Part shown: positions 46,583 through 60,600 of the stretch, piece by piece | How the letters are laid out: every line of letters starts with the position of its first letter | How positions within the stretch are numbered: position 1 is the stretch's first letter | Assembly (NCBI GenBank): GCA_023334545.1 | Contig: JAADVB010000021.1 | Coordinates: 1-64,000, forward strand | Source of the DNA: Salisapilia sapeloensis CBS 127946 | Taxonomy: Eukaryota > Protista > Oomycota | Direction: 5' to 3' | Length of the DNA: 64,000 nt | Position numbers and translations under genes: made by a program | Notes under the pieces: generated by a model | The model's database searches: none | What the model saw: the letters and a program-made list of their open reading frames with translations, nothing else | Told to the model about the DNA's origin: nothing

Positions 46583-47349
46583 GGTTGCCACTAGGACCAC
46601 TTCCTAGGTTCCCATCGCCTCGTGTCTCTAGCAGATTAGCGTATTTTTGTACTCGCCAAATTGATTGGTTCGTGATATGCAACTTAATAATTGATTCGTG
46701 AATTTTGTCACCAACTTGAAGCGACAAATCAAATGGGGAGCTGCGTATCTATCCACAGCACAAAGACATGATGCCCATGTACACCAGCAATTTTTACTTC
46801 GTCCAACGTTGTATGCAAGAGGCCGGACGAGAAAAGGTATTGCTATAGCTGGGTACGTTGAAGAAGCATCTTGTGCTTCCAACGAATATCCAAGTTACCA
46901 GTGACGTCAAGTAGTAGCTTTCTTTCTTATCATCATCCATGATCACCTCGATTGCATCCCTTAGCTGACTCTTAGAGAAGGGAGCTGCCTAGCTTCATAG
47001 CAGTCAGGTGCTACATACAGTTCAGTACGTTTCGAACACAGATGGAATATCTAGCAGCTCGCAAATCTCTCATCCATGCACATGCCACGACAATCTCAGT
47101 ATCGCATCAAACAGGCAATAGATCGTCCAACGTAGGAGGCTATTGCGTAGGACATACCTACTAGTAGAAGTAGCCATCTTTTATACTAGCAGGAACCATT
47201 CCTTTCGATCTTCTAACACAATCTCTGACATTGCAACAAAAAGTACAAAAACGCATGTATGTAGCACAGAAGAGAGTATTGAAAGCGTAGGAAGTACATT
47301 GATGTGCCGGTAGCTGCAGCTTCCAAACACATTACAAGCATCCTGTAGC

Positions 47350-48074
47350 TTAGGAACCTCCTTGCGGTGGTACATACAGCGTGAACGGATCGTCTGGTGA
47401 ATAATACGCGAATTTGCTTTCGTTTCCGTCTTCCATTTTCGCCGGTACTTGGAGTACGGCCGGAGTCGACATTTCCCGAAATCGTTGGTGCAACGGTCGC
47501 GACGCCTCCAGTACCGGCTCCACATGCCTACGGAACTCGTCAAAGCCTAGATCCTGACACAATAAAAATGAACACATGCAGGAAGAAAACGAATATGTAG
47601 AACGAGTACTAGGAACTTGAGCGTGAAGCGGCCGACGCCAACGAGTCCGCCGTCAGGCACTTGGTTCACTTGTCCCGTCCATGACTGACCTCCTAGTACG
47701 CGTATCAGCACCCAAATTCCATCCAAAACTCTCCATAAAACGCACCAAAGACACCGGCTCGGAAGGCCCAGTCGCGAATGGCATAGAAGGGAAGCGAGAA
47801 GGAGCGGTAGGCAGTGTGTCCCTCGACATCCGAGACGAAGACGACACGGTACTGTGACACAAAGCAGCGACCTTTCTGTCCATAGAAGCAGCCTCCTTGA
47901 CCAGGATACCCACTATTTCATCTGATCAGTATCATCCCATCTAAAACGTCGTCAGGAGACATACTTGCCACTCTCGACTGTAAGCTTGGTGTGTTGGATG
48001 ATGAAAAAGTAGCTTTCATAAGGAGAGACAAGGTACGGCGTATGAGATGTATGTAGCTGGACGTTTAAACTCAT
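47350..48074 (-). CDS. WBP2-like GRAM/PH-fold protein (about 4 exons)
   Basis: Assembled across introns: MSLNVQL...ESYF...KGRCFVSQYRVVFVS...SFSLPFYAI...VFG|QSWTGQVNQVPDGGLVGVGRFTLKF...GFDEF...AYYSPDDPFTLYVP. Confidence 0.72.
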
Positions 48075-48119
48075 GCTTTCGATTCGTAAGAAAGAAAATG
48101 GTGGAATTATATAAAATTA

Positions 48120-49379
48120 TCAGTCTCCGATCGATCCAAACTCGGACGATCCGTCTCCACGCAGACGCTCACATAGCATCGGCTCATAGTGGTCTCCCCC
48201 ACGGTCGCTTCCGGTCAAACGCATGAGCAAAAACCATGGAGCATGACCCTTGGCTGAGCACAGAGGCTCCTCGTCGATATTAGTACGAGACCGGGGATGG
48301 TGGGGCAGGAAGAACATCTTGCCGCAGCCAACGAGTACAACAAAGATATCTCGTTGGAAGGCAGTAGCCAAGGCTTCTAGGACAATGTCGTCTCCCCACG
48401 CCACACCGTCGCCCGTATCGATCGACACGAGGCCGTTCTGACTGTAATTGAGTCCTATCAAACAGTACTCGTTCGGACCTTTACCCACTTGCATGTACGA
48501 GCAGTAGGCGTCTGCATTCCACACTGGCGACGCGCACTGCGTATAGACAAATTCTGCCGCCTGCCGTCTCGAGTACCCTTTCGCCTCGAGCTCCCGACAT
48601 TTAGCTTCCAGCTTGCTCTTGTCCTCTTTTTTCGCTACGAATCGACGCGTCTGGATAGGAGAGACTCCCCACCCTCCTTTCAGCGACGGGAAGTAGAGAT
48701 TCTGAATCGCCTGGTCGATCTTTTGCTGCTCTTGCTCACTCGAACAGCGATAGTGCGCCATGAAGTACTTGGTCGCGACCTGTCGAATTCCCTGTGTATC
48801 CAGCGGTTCACACTCTTCCGTGTACAATAGTAGCTGCTCCATGGATAGGAATAGACAGTCTCCAAACGGAGCTACTGGGGCGAGATACTTGACACTATAG
48901 GCCGTATCATGAGGTTCATACGTCACGCCGTCCTCTTCCAACTGACGCAGCAGATCTCGGCTACTAGCATCCAGTCCGCCCACGCGATGCCACCCCATAC
49001 ACACCGTCACGGGACGCTCTGCTACTGCCGGGACACTCGGTCGGAGGTTAGACGGTCGTGCTGTAATCAGAATTTCTTTCGTCCGACTCATTTGCTGGTA
49101 GCGTGAGAACGCTAGCAGGCGAGAGTCCAAGGCTGCTTGCATGTCTTCCACCGCTTCTCGGAAACCCTCATACTTGGTGATCTCGGTCGACTGATCGAGC
49201 GCTGGGAGGTACGGCACATCCTTCGGGACGTCATCCACCTCTACCGCGTCTCCCCAGTCACTCCCGGACGACGCGACGCTGCTCCCGATTCCATCCGACG
49301 TAGCGTACGTAAGTGTTGGGGACGTCGACAGCTTGTCGCTGTCCACAATCACGTACTCCTTGTCTCCTTCGCTCGCCAT
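48120..49379 (-). CDS. OTU-like cysteine protease (putative deubiquitinase) with a large insertion
   Basis: APFGDCLF (Cys codon 48855-48857), AWGDDIVLEALATAFQRDIFVV, GDHYEP (His codon 48189-48191). Confidence 0.7.
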   Translation of the reverse strand: MASEGDKEYVIVDSDKLSTSPTLTYATSDGIGSSVASSGSDWGDAVEVDDVPKDVPYLPALDQSTEITKYEGFREAVEDMQAALDSRLLAFSRYQQMSRTKEILITARPSNLRPSVPAVAERPVTVCMGWHRVGGLDASSRDLLRQLEEDGVTYEPHDTAYSVKYLAPVAPFGDCLFLSMEQLLLYTEECEPLDTQGIRQVATKYFMAHYRCSSEQEQQKIDQAIQNLYFPSLKGGWGVSPIQTRRFVAKKEDKSKLEAKCRELEAKGYSRRQAAEFVYTQCASPVWNADAYCSYMQVGKGPNEYCLIGLNYSQNGLVSIDTGDGVAWGDDIVLEALATAFQRDIFVVLVGCGKMFFLPHHPRSRTNIDEEPLCSAKGHAPWFLLMRLTGSDRGGDHYEPMLCERLRGDGSSEFGSIGD

Positions 49380-49908
49380 GTCGCTGGCTTCTTTCTGGCA
49401 GTTTTTCTCGTGTTCCTTAAAGATCCCGACCACGTGTCCCCTACAACAAATCCACTCCGATAAGAAGAGAAGTCGATAGACTCGAGCATCCATCTCACTC
49501 CAAATCCACTTGTATGAATACCTTCATACTGTCATATCCATCTCTTGCGCCCAAACTTGCCGCAAAGAGCATACCTGACACGACCTAAATCGGTATCTCT
49601 AATCTAACAGCATGTTACGAACATCTATCCGCTAGCTAACGATCCAGAGTATTTCGATTCGCATCACGCCACCTTCTCTTCCTTTAATCAAATAACCGAT
49701 ATAAGGCATAGTAGAATCTTTTTACAATCAACTTTCTTCGATCGATATGTTCTCATACTCTTCCACGTCAGAGAAAACAGATCGAAAACCAATGATACGA
49801 TTTGCGGTTTCATTGGCTATAATCTATAAATAAAGCCTCTGATTGGATGAAATGTTTGAATGGATAAAACCAGCAACAAAAGCAAAAAGCTCTGAAGCAG
49901 CGCAAGAC

Positions 49909-52021
<2,113 letters not shown>

Positions 52022-52083
52022 ATAGGACGCGTGGATCGAGTAAAAGCAACAAGGATTTGTTTTTTGCATTGCGAATATATAGT

Positions 52084-54730
52084 TTACGCATCTTCCTGCG
52101 CTAGGTGTCCAGTCGGATGAGCAGACGACGTCGGGACTTGCGCAAGTAGTTTGCCAAAGTCGTTGTAGTTGACGCGAATGTGGCCACGCTCGATGGTCGC
52201 AAAGTCCGCAAAGCCTTGATCGTATGCAAAGTCGTTGTAAAAGTACCAATGCCGAGCGTATACGTTCTCGGCAAAGGTCGTGTCGAGTCCTGTGAGCAAG
52301 ACGATGACCGCGACACGAGCTTCTGATAGACGCTCGAGGCTCTGGAACCTGTAGAACGGAGACTTTTCATCGATGATATGGATGAGTGTCGCTGGTAACT
52401 TGAGCGAAGGCCAATCTGCCTGCACCAGCGATACGTCATGCATCTGCTTGAGTCCCGTATCTAGTAACATGATAAGTTCTCGTAGATATTCATGAAGAAG
52501 ACAATGGCGACGTACGCTTGTTGGTCAAGATCATGCCGATGCGGAAGAAGTTTTCAAACACTTCGCCGCTATGTCGCGTGTTGGCAGCTCGAAAGACAAG
52601 ACACCGATGGCCGTAGATGCGAGAGACGATTATGTTCTTGGAAAAGTGGATGTGCGCTCGAGGCCGAGCGAACTTGGACCAGGCGATGCCTGTGATGATC
52701 GTCACGATGATGATTCCAATGGCCGATTCGATAAAGACCCAGACATTCATGTATACAGACTGCGGCATCGGTGATACGGAGCCATATCCGACGGTCGAGA
52801 CGGAGTGAGCAGATAAATACAGCGCGAGCTCAAAGTTCGAGACGGTCAAGTCTGCATACGCCTCAATGTCGCTCATCTTGGCCCAGTAGATGAGCGCGAA
52901 GAGGACATTAACACCGAGAAAGACAACCACAAAGGCAATGACGATCTTCTTCCAAGGCTCATGCAGAGCTCGATAATATAGTTTCATAAAGCTTGACGAT
53001 CTGGGAAGGTGTTTCGGAATTATCTTGAGGAACCGAGGCGTGTCGTCCACATCCACTGACACGACCGAGTTGCGGAGAATGTCGCCATCGTCATGCTCAA
53101 ACTCATTTCCAATCACACCATTCTCTTCTGTATCGTTCACAGTGTTTCCATCACCAGGCTGATCGCAATCTCCTTCATCTATAATGCCAGTCATCTGTCG
53201 CTGGAGCCTTCGCCTGTGGGTGTGCGGAATCGACACCTCTTGTTTATCCTCTTGGTTCGTTCGGGAAAAACTACGCTGAAGCCTCCGCGTCGGTTGACCA
53301 TTCTGCTCTTCAGTGTCCTGTTTAGGTCTTGACGACTGTATAAGTGGCTCGAACAGAGGCTCAACACTTCTCGCAGGTGGAGCTTCCTCCGCGCTGTTTC
53401 TTGATCGAGAGTTGGACGCTGGTCTGTTCACGAGAAGATAGTCCTGCTCGCCACTGGCATCCATCTCTCCTATCGCTTTCAGTGGACCTGCCCGACGTCT
53501 TAAGTTCCCAGCCTCTGTCATTGGCGGATGCTTGGGCACAACTACCTCGTGCTCTTCCTCATCTGAAGTAGTGGACTCTGTCTCTTTGGCTCGTTTCGCT
53601 GGTTCCACATAGACGGTTTCATTAATCGGAGCAGCTTCGACGGCGCTAATCTTGCTAAAGTCCAAGCTCACCGCCGCGTTCTTTTCGTCAAAGGTCAAGA
53701 GCTCTGCGAACCGGTATCCCCATCGGAAGTCTCCCGCCGTGTAGATGTATCGTTCCGCGACCGTGTCTTGCAACGTCGAATCAACACCAGAGAGCGCGAC
53801 TTCGAGAATCATGTCCGACTGCCTTAAGTCTTTCTCCGACATACCGTAGAACGGAGAGTCTTCATCAATGACATGGACGACGGCGAGGCCCATTCGGAAC
53901 GTGATAAAGTTGTTTTGTAAGACCTTGAGATTGTACGAACACAAGCGCTTGCCACTATCTACGTGTCCGTCCATCTCGTTCCACGAGTTGTACACTCCGT
54001 CTGAACTTGCATTTGCTTCTTCAATGCGAAGGACATTCAGTTTAAAGACCGTTTCCATGATCACATCTCGATGTGCGTCATGAGACTTGGTGGCATTCGC
54101 AACTCGAATCACGAGCGCAAGGTGCTCCGTGCCATACGGTTGGATCACACAGACTTCTGAGAATGCAATCTTTGCCTGAGGACGAGCGAACTTGGCGAAC
54201 ACGAGACCAGTGATGGCAGAGGTGACGAGCATCGCGAAGAAGGATTCGATCACCATCATGCTATTGCCACATGAGCCCTTGGGATACGTGACGCCAAAGC
54301 CAATGGTCGTAAAGGTCTGGTATGACAGATCGAATGACTCGAGAAAGTTATCGGGGTCTTGACAAGCGTAGCACGAGAGAACAGCAAAGATGAAGACGAT
54401 GGCGAGAAAAATCAGGAGCAGCACGAGACACAGCATCGGCCAGCGCATGTTCAGCATAATATACAAGTAGTCCTTGTACTTGGCTCTCGGGTTATTGATT
54501 GTCTCCACTGAGGGGAAGAGCGAATTCGCCGGGAGCCGAATGAACTGCTTCCAAATCGACATATTCTCTCCCTTGGAACCGGCATGGAAGATAGATCGCC
54601 CATTTTCTTTCTCCTGGTGCACTCGTACGCCATGCCAAACATGCACCCAGTCCTTGAGTGCAGCAGGCACTCTCTGCCCGAATGCAGCAGTATTGCGTCC
54701 ACCTTTATTCCGCTTCTTGCTCGACACCAT
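52084..54730 (-). CDS. Inward-rectifier K+ channel with two tandem Kir domains (2 exons)
   Basis: Domain 1: MRW, TTIGFG, GLVFAKFARP, HVIDEDSPFYG. Domain 2: STVGYG, WSKFARP, and after the intron HIIDEKSPFY, GLDTTF. Confidence 0.92.
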
Positions 54731-54816
54731 GACGCTTGATGACTATAATGAGACGGGTGGAAGATCAAATGTCAAGCTGTCCACGAGGATTTTTTATGTA
54801 CTTATATAGGTAGAGT

Positions 54817-57363
54817 CTAGCTACAATCTCCTGTCGCATCGTCTGCCGCGTCCTCCTCCAGACCGACGAGCGAGTCTTGCTTGAGCAACGGTGTCTTTAC
54901 GAAGAGCTGCTTCATCTTCCGCTGGAAACGGGAGGCATAGCGTTTCGGCGGGATGGCCGACAGTCCTCGCGGATCTTTCCGCAGCACATGAACCTTGTAC
55001 ACGTGCTCACCTTGCTTCCCAAGTGTCCACTTTTGCAGAATGTCAATGATGCCAATGTAGTATCGGCTCGGGCCGGATACTTGATGCGCGTGGTAGCAAG
55101 GGTCGGACAAAGAAGGAGGTTCTTGTGACGCTGGGCCGTTCCAGTCCTTCGGCAGCTTACCGCTCTGAGGCGCTGCGTCCTCTCCGCCATTTACGATCGT
55201 GAACTGAGAGTAGTGCATGCCCACGAGTAGACTATAGTCCATAATCCCAACACTTGCGAGGAAGTCGCTATCTCTCGTTAGCTGCTTGAGCAGTCGAGTG
55301 GACGCGTCTGGACCGAGCTTGATCCGCTTCTTCAAGTCGTTATCCCTTAGGGTAATGTCCGGAACGTGCTCTTCGCCAGTGGATTCACAAGGGACGTCGT
55401 CTTTCGCATGGTTACTTCCAAAGACAAAGAACCGATTGCAGTTGGAGCATCGGTACTTGTTGCCAGGCACACATGCGGGTGCATTCCGATCCACCCAGGA
55501 CCCTTTCAAGTCGTATCGCCGGTGGACCGTGTCGGTAGAGCTCAAGATATTATTCATCACGACAAAGTAAAAGATCTGTCCATACATCTTCATGGCGTGA
55601 AAGCCAAAGAAACGAGGCAAGAGCGTCTGAGGATTCCACTTGAGGTATCGGAAGTAGGACGGCAGAAGCTCCAACAGCGCCGTCTTCTCCTCCGCCGACA
55701 TGCTTTTCACTAGATACTTTCGATCACACGTATTAAATACAAATGCACCACTTCTACCTTCACTGATGCGCTCATTCATCGTGTATCGGAAAGCGTACAT
55801 GTACTCGGAGTCATTGACACTAAAGAGTTGACGAAGAGAGGAAAAGACACGCGGCTGGAAATCGTAAAACTGCATCTCTTTCAGTCCTCCGGGTAGGAAG
55901 CCAAAGCGAGGTGTAGACTTTGTACCTCGACCTTCGATCACTCGAACCTTGGAGGACGGAGTGTCTGGTCCCGAACGAGACGCAAGAGACGGAGAAGACG
56001 ACATCTTCTGCAACTGGATCTGGGACGATCGAGCCCATTCCATCGTAAACGTGTGGTTCGACTCGATACGTCGACGTTGCGTGTGGAAGTGCTGGATCGA
56101 GTCGATGATACCTGTCGTCGCCATCTGGATCATCTGCTTCCGCAGAGCTGTGTTAAGCTCTGGTCGACGCACAAGCTCCTGCTCCTCATCCCTGCCAAAA
56201 CTTCTGGGAGATTCGAGAGAACCCTCGCTAGAGTAAGATACCGACCGATAGCCATGTTTCCGACTTCCTCCACTTATACAGATCATGATATGTGGCCAAT
56301 TGACGACTGTCCACACAAGGATGTTAGAGACACCTCTTGCTGCATGGACAAAGGCACTGATAGCCACCAACGTTCCAAACTGGTCTTGACTGAGAGACGT
56401 TTTTACGATCGGCCAGTTCGTTAGCACTAGCAATAGCGTACCGAGGAGAGACCACAGGATGTAGACTACGCATGTGAATAAGCCATGGGTGAGGACGTGG
56501 CGTCTCACATCAATCGTCTCCTCTAATCCCTGTCGCAAACGATGGTAGATATACGCGATGCATGCGACAGCGAAGACGAGGTAAAGAAGGAGCCAGCCAT
56601 GAAAGATGGCCCATCGGTCCTGGAAAAAGTCTGGCGAGTCTACATTGTGGTGGAACCAGAAGAACCTCTCTCGTCTCTGACAAGTGGCTGTATCACAGTC
56701 GTCCATCAGGTACGAAAGGATACCACAAGCAACGCCGCTGAGCACCGAGTAGAACCAATAGACTCGAAAGTTGTACGAATAAGATGTGAATGGGTTCGTG
56801 ATCGACTGCACGAGGTCAATCGGGATGGCAAAGAACCAAAATTCGCTGCACACGAGCAGGCTCTGTGTAGCAGCAGCCAGACCTGTAGATTGAGACGAGA
56901 TGGATCGACCCGTGTCTGTCGTCATGAACTGAATGATGTAGAGAAGACCGAGTGCACAGTCGATCAGACTCTTGCTAAATATGAGTGGATTCGGATGCGC
57001 TCTGACAGTGTGGCTGCTCGCGTAGCATAGCACGACGAAGAGAGAGAAGGCGCAGGAGACGGCAGCGCCGATGACGAGGTACTGATCAACCGTCAAATCT
57101 GCACCAAACGCCACAACCGTCATGACACATCCTAACACGGCCAGCGCAACGGCCGCTAAGACGAACAAACGGAGAGATCCGAGCGCTGAGCACACTGTTG
57201 TGAGCATCGCGTGATTGCGCCGATGCCGTAAGGATTCTCTTTGCCATCTACGAGCTGAATGCCGCGGCTGTGGCAATTGCGTGACCCTCGGCAGCTTTTT
57301 CGTCTTTGGTGGAAGACCTCCGCGTCCATCCTTCGCATTATTCTGTCCCCGATGAGCCTCCAC
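54817..57363 (-). CDS. GPCR-phosphatidylinositol phosphate kinase fusion (oomycete GK family)
   Basis: About seven hydrophobic segments; LR(x9)GI linker LRKQMIQMATTGI; PIPK motifs FYDFQPRVF, EGRSGAFVF, KYLVKS, LLPRFFG, RYDLKGS, DNDL, IMDYSLLVG, GIIDILQ. Confidence 0.95.
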   Translation of the reverse strand: MEAHRGQNNAKDGRGGLPPKTKKLPRVTQLPQPRHSARRWQRESLRHRRNHAMLTTVCSALGSLRLFVLAAVALAVLGCVMTVVAFGADLTVDQYLVIGAAVSCAFSLFVVLCYASSHTVRAHPNPLIFSKSLIDCALGLLYIIQFMTTDTGRSISSQSTGLAAATQSLLVCSEFWFFAIPIDLVQSITNPFTSYSYNFRVYWFYSVLSGVACGILSYLMDDCDTATCQRRERFFWFHHNVDSPDFFQDRWAIFHGWLLLYLVFAVACIAYIYHRLRQGLEETIDVRRHVLTHGLFTCVVYILWSLLGTLLLVLTNWPIVKTSLSQDQFGTLVAISAFVHAARGVSNILVWTVVNWPHIMICISGGSRKHGYRSVSYSSEGSLESPRSFGRDEEQELVRRPELNTALRKQMIQMATTGIIDSIQHFHTQRRRIESNHTFTMEWARSSQIQLQKMSSSPSLASRSGPDTPSSKVRVIEGRGTKSTPRFGFLPGGLKEMQFYDFQPRVFSSLRQLFSVNDSEYMYAFRYTMNERISEGRSGAFVFNTCDRKYLVKSMSAEEKTALLELLPSYFRYLKWNPQTLLPRFFGFHAMKMYGQIFYFVVMNNILSSTDTVHRRYDLKGSWVDRNAPACVPGNKYRCSNCNRFFVFGSNHAKDDVPCESTGEEHVPDITLRDNDLKKRIKLGPDASTRLLKQLTRDSDFLASVGIMDYSLLVGMHYSQFTIVNGGEDAAPQSGKLPKDWNGPASQEPPSLSDPCYHAHQVSGPSRYYIGIIDILQKWTLGKQGEHVYKVHVLRKDPRGLSAIPPKRYASRFQRKMKQLFVKTPLLKQDSLVGLEEDAADDATGDCS

Positions 57364-57624
57364 GAGCGACGTGGAGTTAAATGTCAGACTAGAGATCCAT
57401 TAGCGATAGCCTCGATACATATGAAAGGAGCATACTATTGCTTATTTTGCCGTGTCGGACCTTGTTTCTCCAGCAGCATGCTTATCCGAATACTTTTTTC
57501 GTGTTCCGGCTTCGAGACCGTGTTCGCACGAGCCTGATGTGTCTCTGCCACTTGTACACCAATCTGGTTATTTCCATCGACCGTTTCGACGCCAAGATGG
57601 CGGTCAAGTAGCTTCCTAGTGCGA

Positions 57625-60600
57625 ATGAGCAACAATCGTGACACAGGGAACGTCCCGACGCACAAGAATGCATCCAAAGATGATGGGAGAAAGAAGAAAC
57701 TTTTCGAGAGAAGGCAGGACTTCCAGCACCAGCCGTGGCTGTCCCGAACGGTGGACCATGTGCACGGGTCAGAGGCAGACGCAGGTGTTCAGACACTAGC
57801 TCACTCGATGATGCACGTCACGAGTCTACCGACGCTGAACAAGTAGATCTATCTTTATATATGTTGATGACACATGGACCTAATAGACTTATCGATGGCA
57901 GCAATGACACCAAGACGTCGTTCTATTTGGACTTGAAAACGTTAAAGAGCTTACTTCCGCATCGCACACTTCCCGACCATCGATCGAAACTCCACCGCCG
58001 TCTACTTTATTCGAAAAACACATCGTCCTTACCGCTTCTCGATCTCACGTCCAAGCACACTGGTGCGAACAGATTCGGCGCTTTGAAAGACGAAGAGAAG
58101 CCGTCGTCAAGTCAGCGCCGACGCGATGCGCTCCGACTCAATATGCAAAAGGCTTCTACTCCACCTGCACATGTATCTGTAGACTTGGACGGCAGGAGAG
58201 CAGACCCTCTAGTTCATGCAAACGGTACCCAAGGTCCTATGAAAAAGGCGAAGAAAGCACTTCGTATCATGCCTGCGCATCGTCCGCATAAGAAACGTCG
58301 GAGGCCTGATCAGACTCCCCAGTTGCAAGTAAATGAGACTTTGGTGGATCCTCATGAGGAGGAAGAAGAGCGACAGAAGATCATGATAGCAGCACAACTG
58401 AATTTAACACTCGAAGAGTATGATGCTCTGGACGTAGCTTTCGGAGGTAAGGAGTCTACCACTGCCTCTGCTTCCTCAGGCAAGATCATGGAAGCAAAGT
58501 ATCGCGAGGTCTTTGATACATTCGATGTCGACAAGAGCGGCAGTATTTCTCCTAGTGAACTGCGTCAGTTGCTAACAGAAGCAGGAGAAGAGATGGACGA
58601 CGCAGAGCTCGAAGTCGTGCTGAAGCAAGCTGATGCAAATGGTGACGGAGAAATCGACTTTGACGAGTTCATGGGGCTCATGAAAGCTCGGAAACGATTG
58701 CTGCTCGTAGCAAACCACATGGGGCCCACACAAGGCAAAGCACCAGAGATGACAAAGCACCATCGTACGAACGTCCGACACAGGAACAAGAAAAAGACTG
58801 AAGCACGATTGAAACGAACGCTACCGCCGGTACATGCTACTAAAAGCCAGAGTCAAAGCTCTGCTGCACACTCAAACTCGACACCAGACCTCACCTCGAA
58901 TGTATCCACCGACCTAGCGCAACTCCGTCGAGAGCTTGCTGTATCAGAGATCGGTATCAACGTCTTAAATGACCGAGTACGCGATGGCGTCCAGTGGGTG
59001 CAAAAGAACTGTCCCGTGACATCGCTCAAGGCTCAGATCTACTGCCAGCGGTGGGGCGTGCAGACACTACAGCAGATATATCTCCGCATGCAATCCCGAG
59101 CTATCTCCCGAGCGATGTCCAAGTGGCATGCCTTCTGTGCTTTCGAACGGAACAAGGAGCGAGCACACAAGTTTCTTAAGTTTAAAGGCATCCAAGTGCT
59201 GTCGACTATCCTCACGAGATGGAAACAACGGCAGTACACTTGGTCCATGAAGACGTGGGCGACGTATTGCCATCGTCAAATGCAATTCGAAGTTCACTCA
59301 GCAGCGATTGAGCTCCAGCGATCTGGACGTGGCTTCCTTGCTCGTCGACGTGCTACTCTCCTCAAGCAGCACGTTGCTATCGAACACATGCAGACTTGCG
59401 TCCGAATGTTCATCGCGAAACTCGAGGCCTATCGACTTCGCCAAGCACTGCTCGAGTACAATGCAGCTGCGTTACTCCAACGAGCGTATCGAGGCTTTGC
59501 AGGCCGGCAGCTCGGTCGAATGCTCTTCTTGGCACAAAAAGAGAACCTCGCTGCACGCCGTATCCAACGGACGTACAGGAGCTTTCACGAATACAAACTC
59601 CTCCGGATCATCCAGCGAACGAACTTGGAGAACCATGCCGCGACAGCTATCCAGAGTGGTGTCCGTGGGTGGTTTGCAAGGCAGGAACGAGCTGCCTTGT
59701 ATCGTCAGCGACAGCGGGAGATAGGTGCGCAGCTTATCCAGAGATGCTTCCGAGGGATGCAAGGGAGAAGAGAAGCGCATATGAGAAGAGAGCGATGCAA
59801 GGCTGCAATCGTCCTCCAGTGCGCCATCCGCTCTTCTCTCAGTCGCCACAGACTTTATCTACTTCGTCGAGAGCGAGATGAACGTGCTCGTCGAGCTCTC
59901 CTATACACTGCATCTACTCGTATTCAGGCTAAGTGGAAGGGATATGCCGGACGCAAGCGATATCTGTCTCAAGTTCGAGAGATGCAAAGGCAGAGCGCAT
60001 TGCTTAAGTTCAAGAGAGCGACGGCGGTCGTTCTCATCCAATGTGCCTACCGAGCGTACTGTGCTCGACGACGATTGCAGCGACTGCGATACGAGAAACT
60101 TAAGTGGATGCAGTTCAGGCTTTTGAACAAGAGTGCCTTGTGTATCCAGTCGCACTGGAGAGCATACCATGGACGCCTCGCTGGACACTTGCTTCTGCAG
60201 GCCAAGACAGCACTCTTTGAAGAGCAGACGGAAGCTTCCATCAAGATCCAGAGCGCTCTACGAGGGCGGAGGGCGAGGAAAGATCACATGCGGAGGATGC
60301 AGCAGATGGAGCAACGTCGACAAGAGCACCTCCGCCTAACACGAGCCGTCTTGTGTCTCCAGAGTCGATTCCGAGGCCGTAGAGCACGTCGTATAGCTGC
60401 CAATATCAAGTCAGAGCATCAGACGGAAGCACAACGGGCACTCGCAAGGCTTGTGCAGCAGACGAAAGAGAATGCAGCAACAAAGATTCAGTGCTGTGCT
60501 CGTCGGTATCTCGCGCTTCGAGCTTTACTAAAGCGTCAACAGGACGTTGAGCGACGGAAGAGACAAGAATTGGACCGTCAGACACAGGAGAAAGCAGCTC

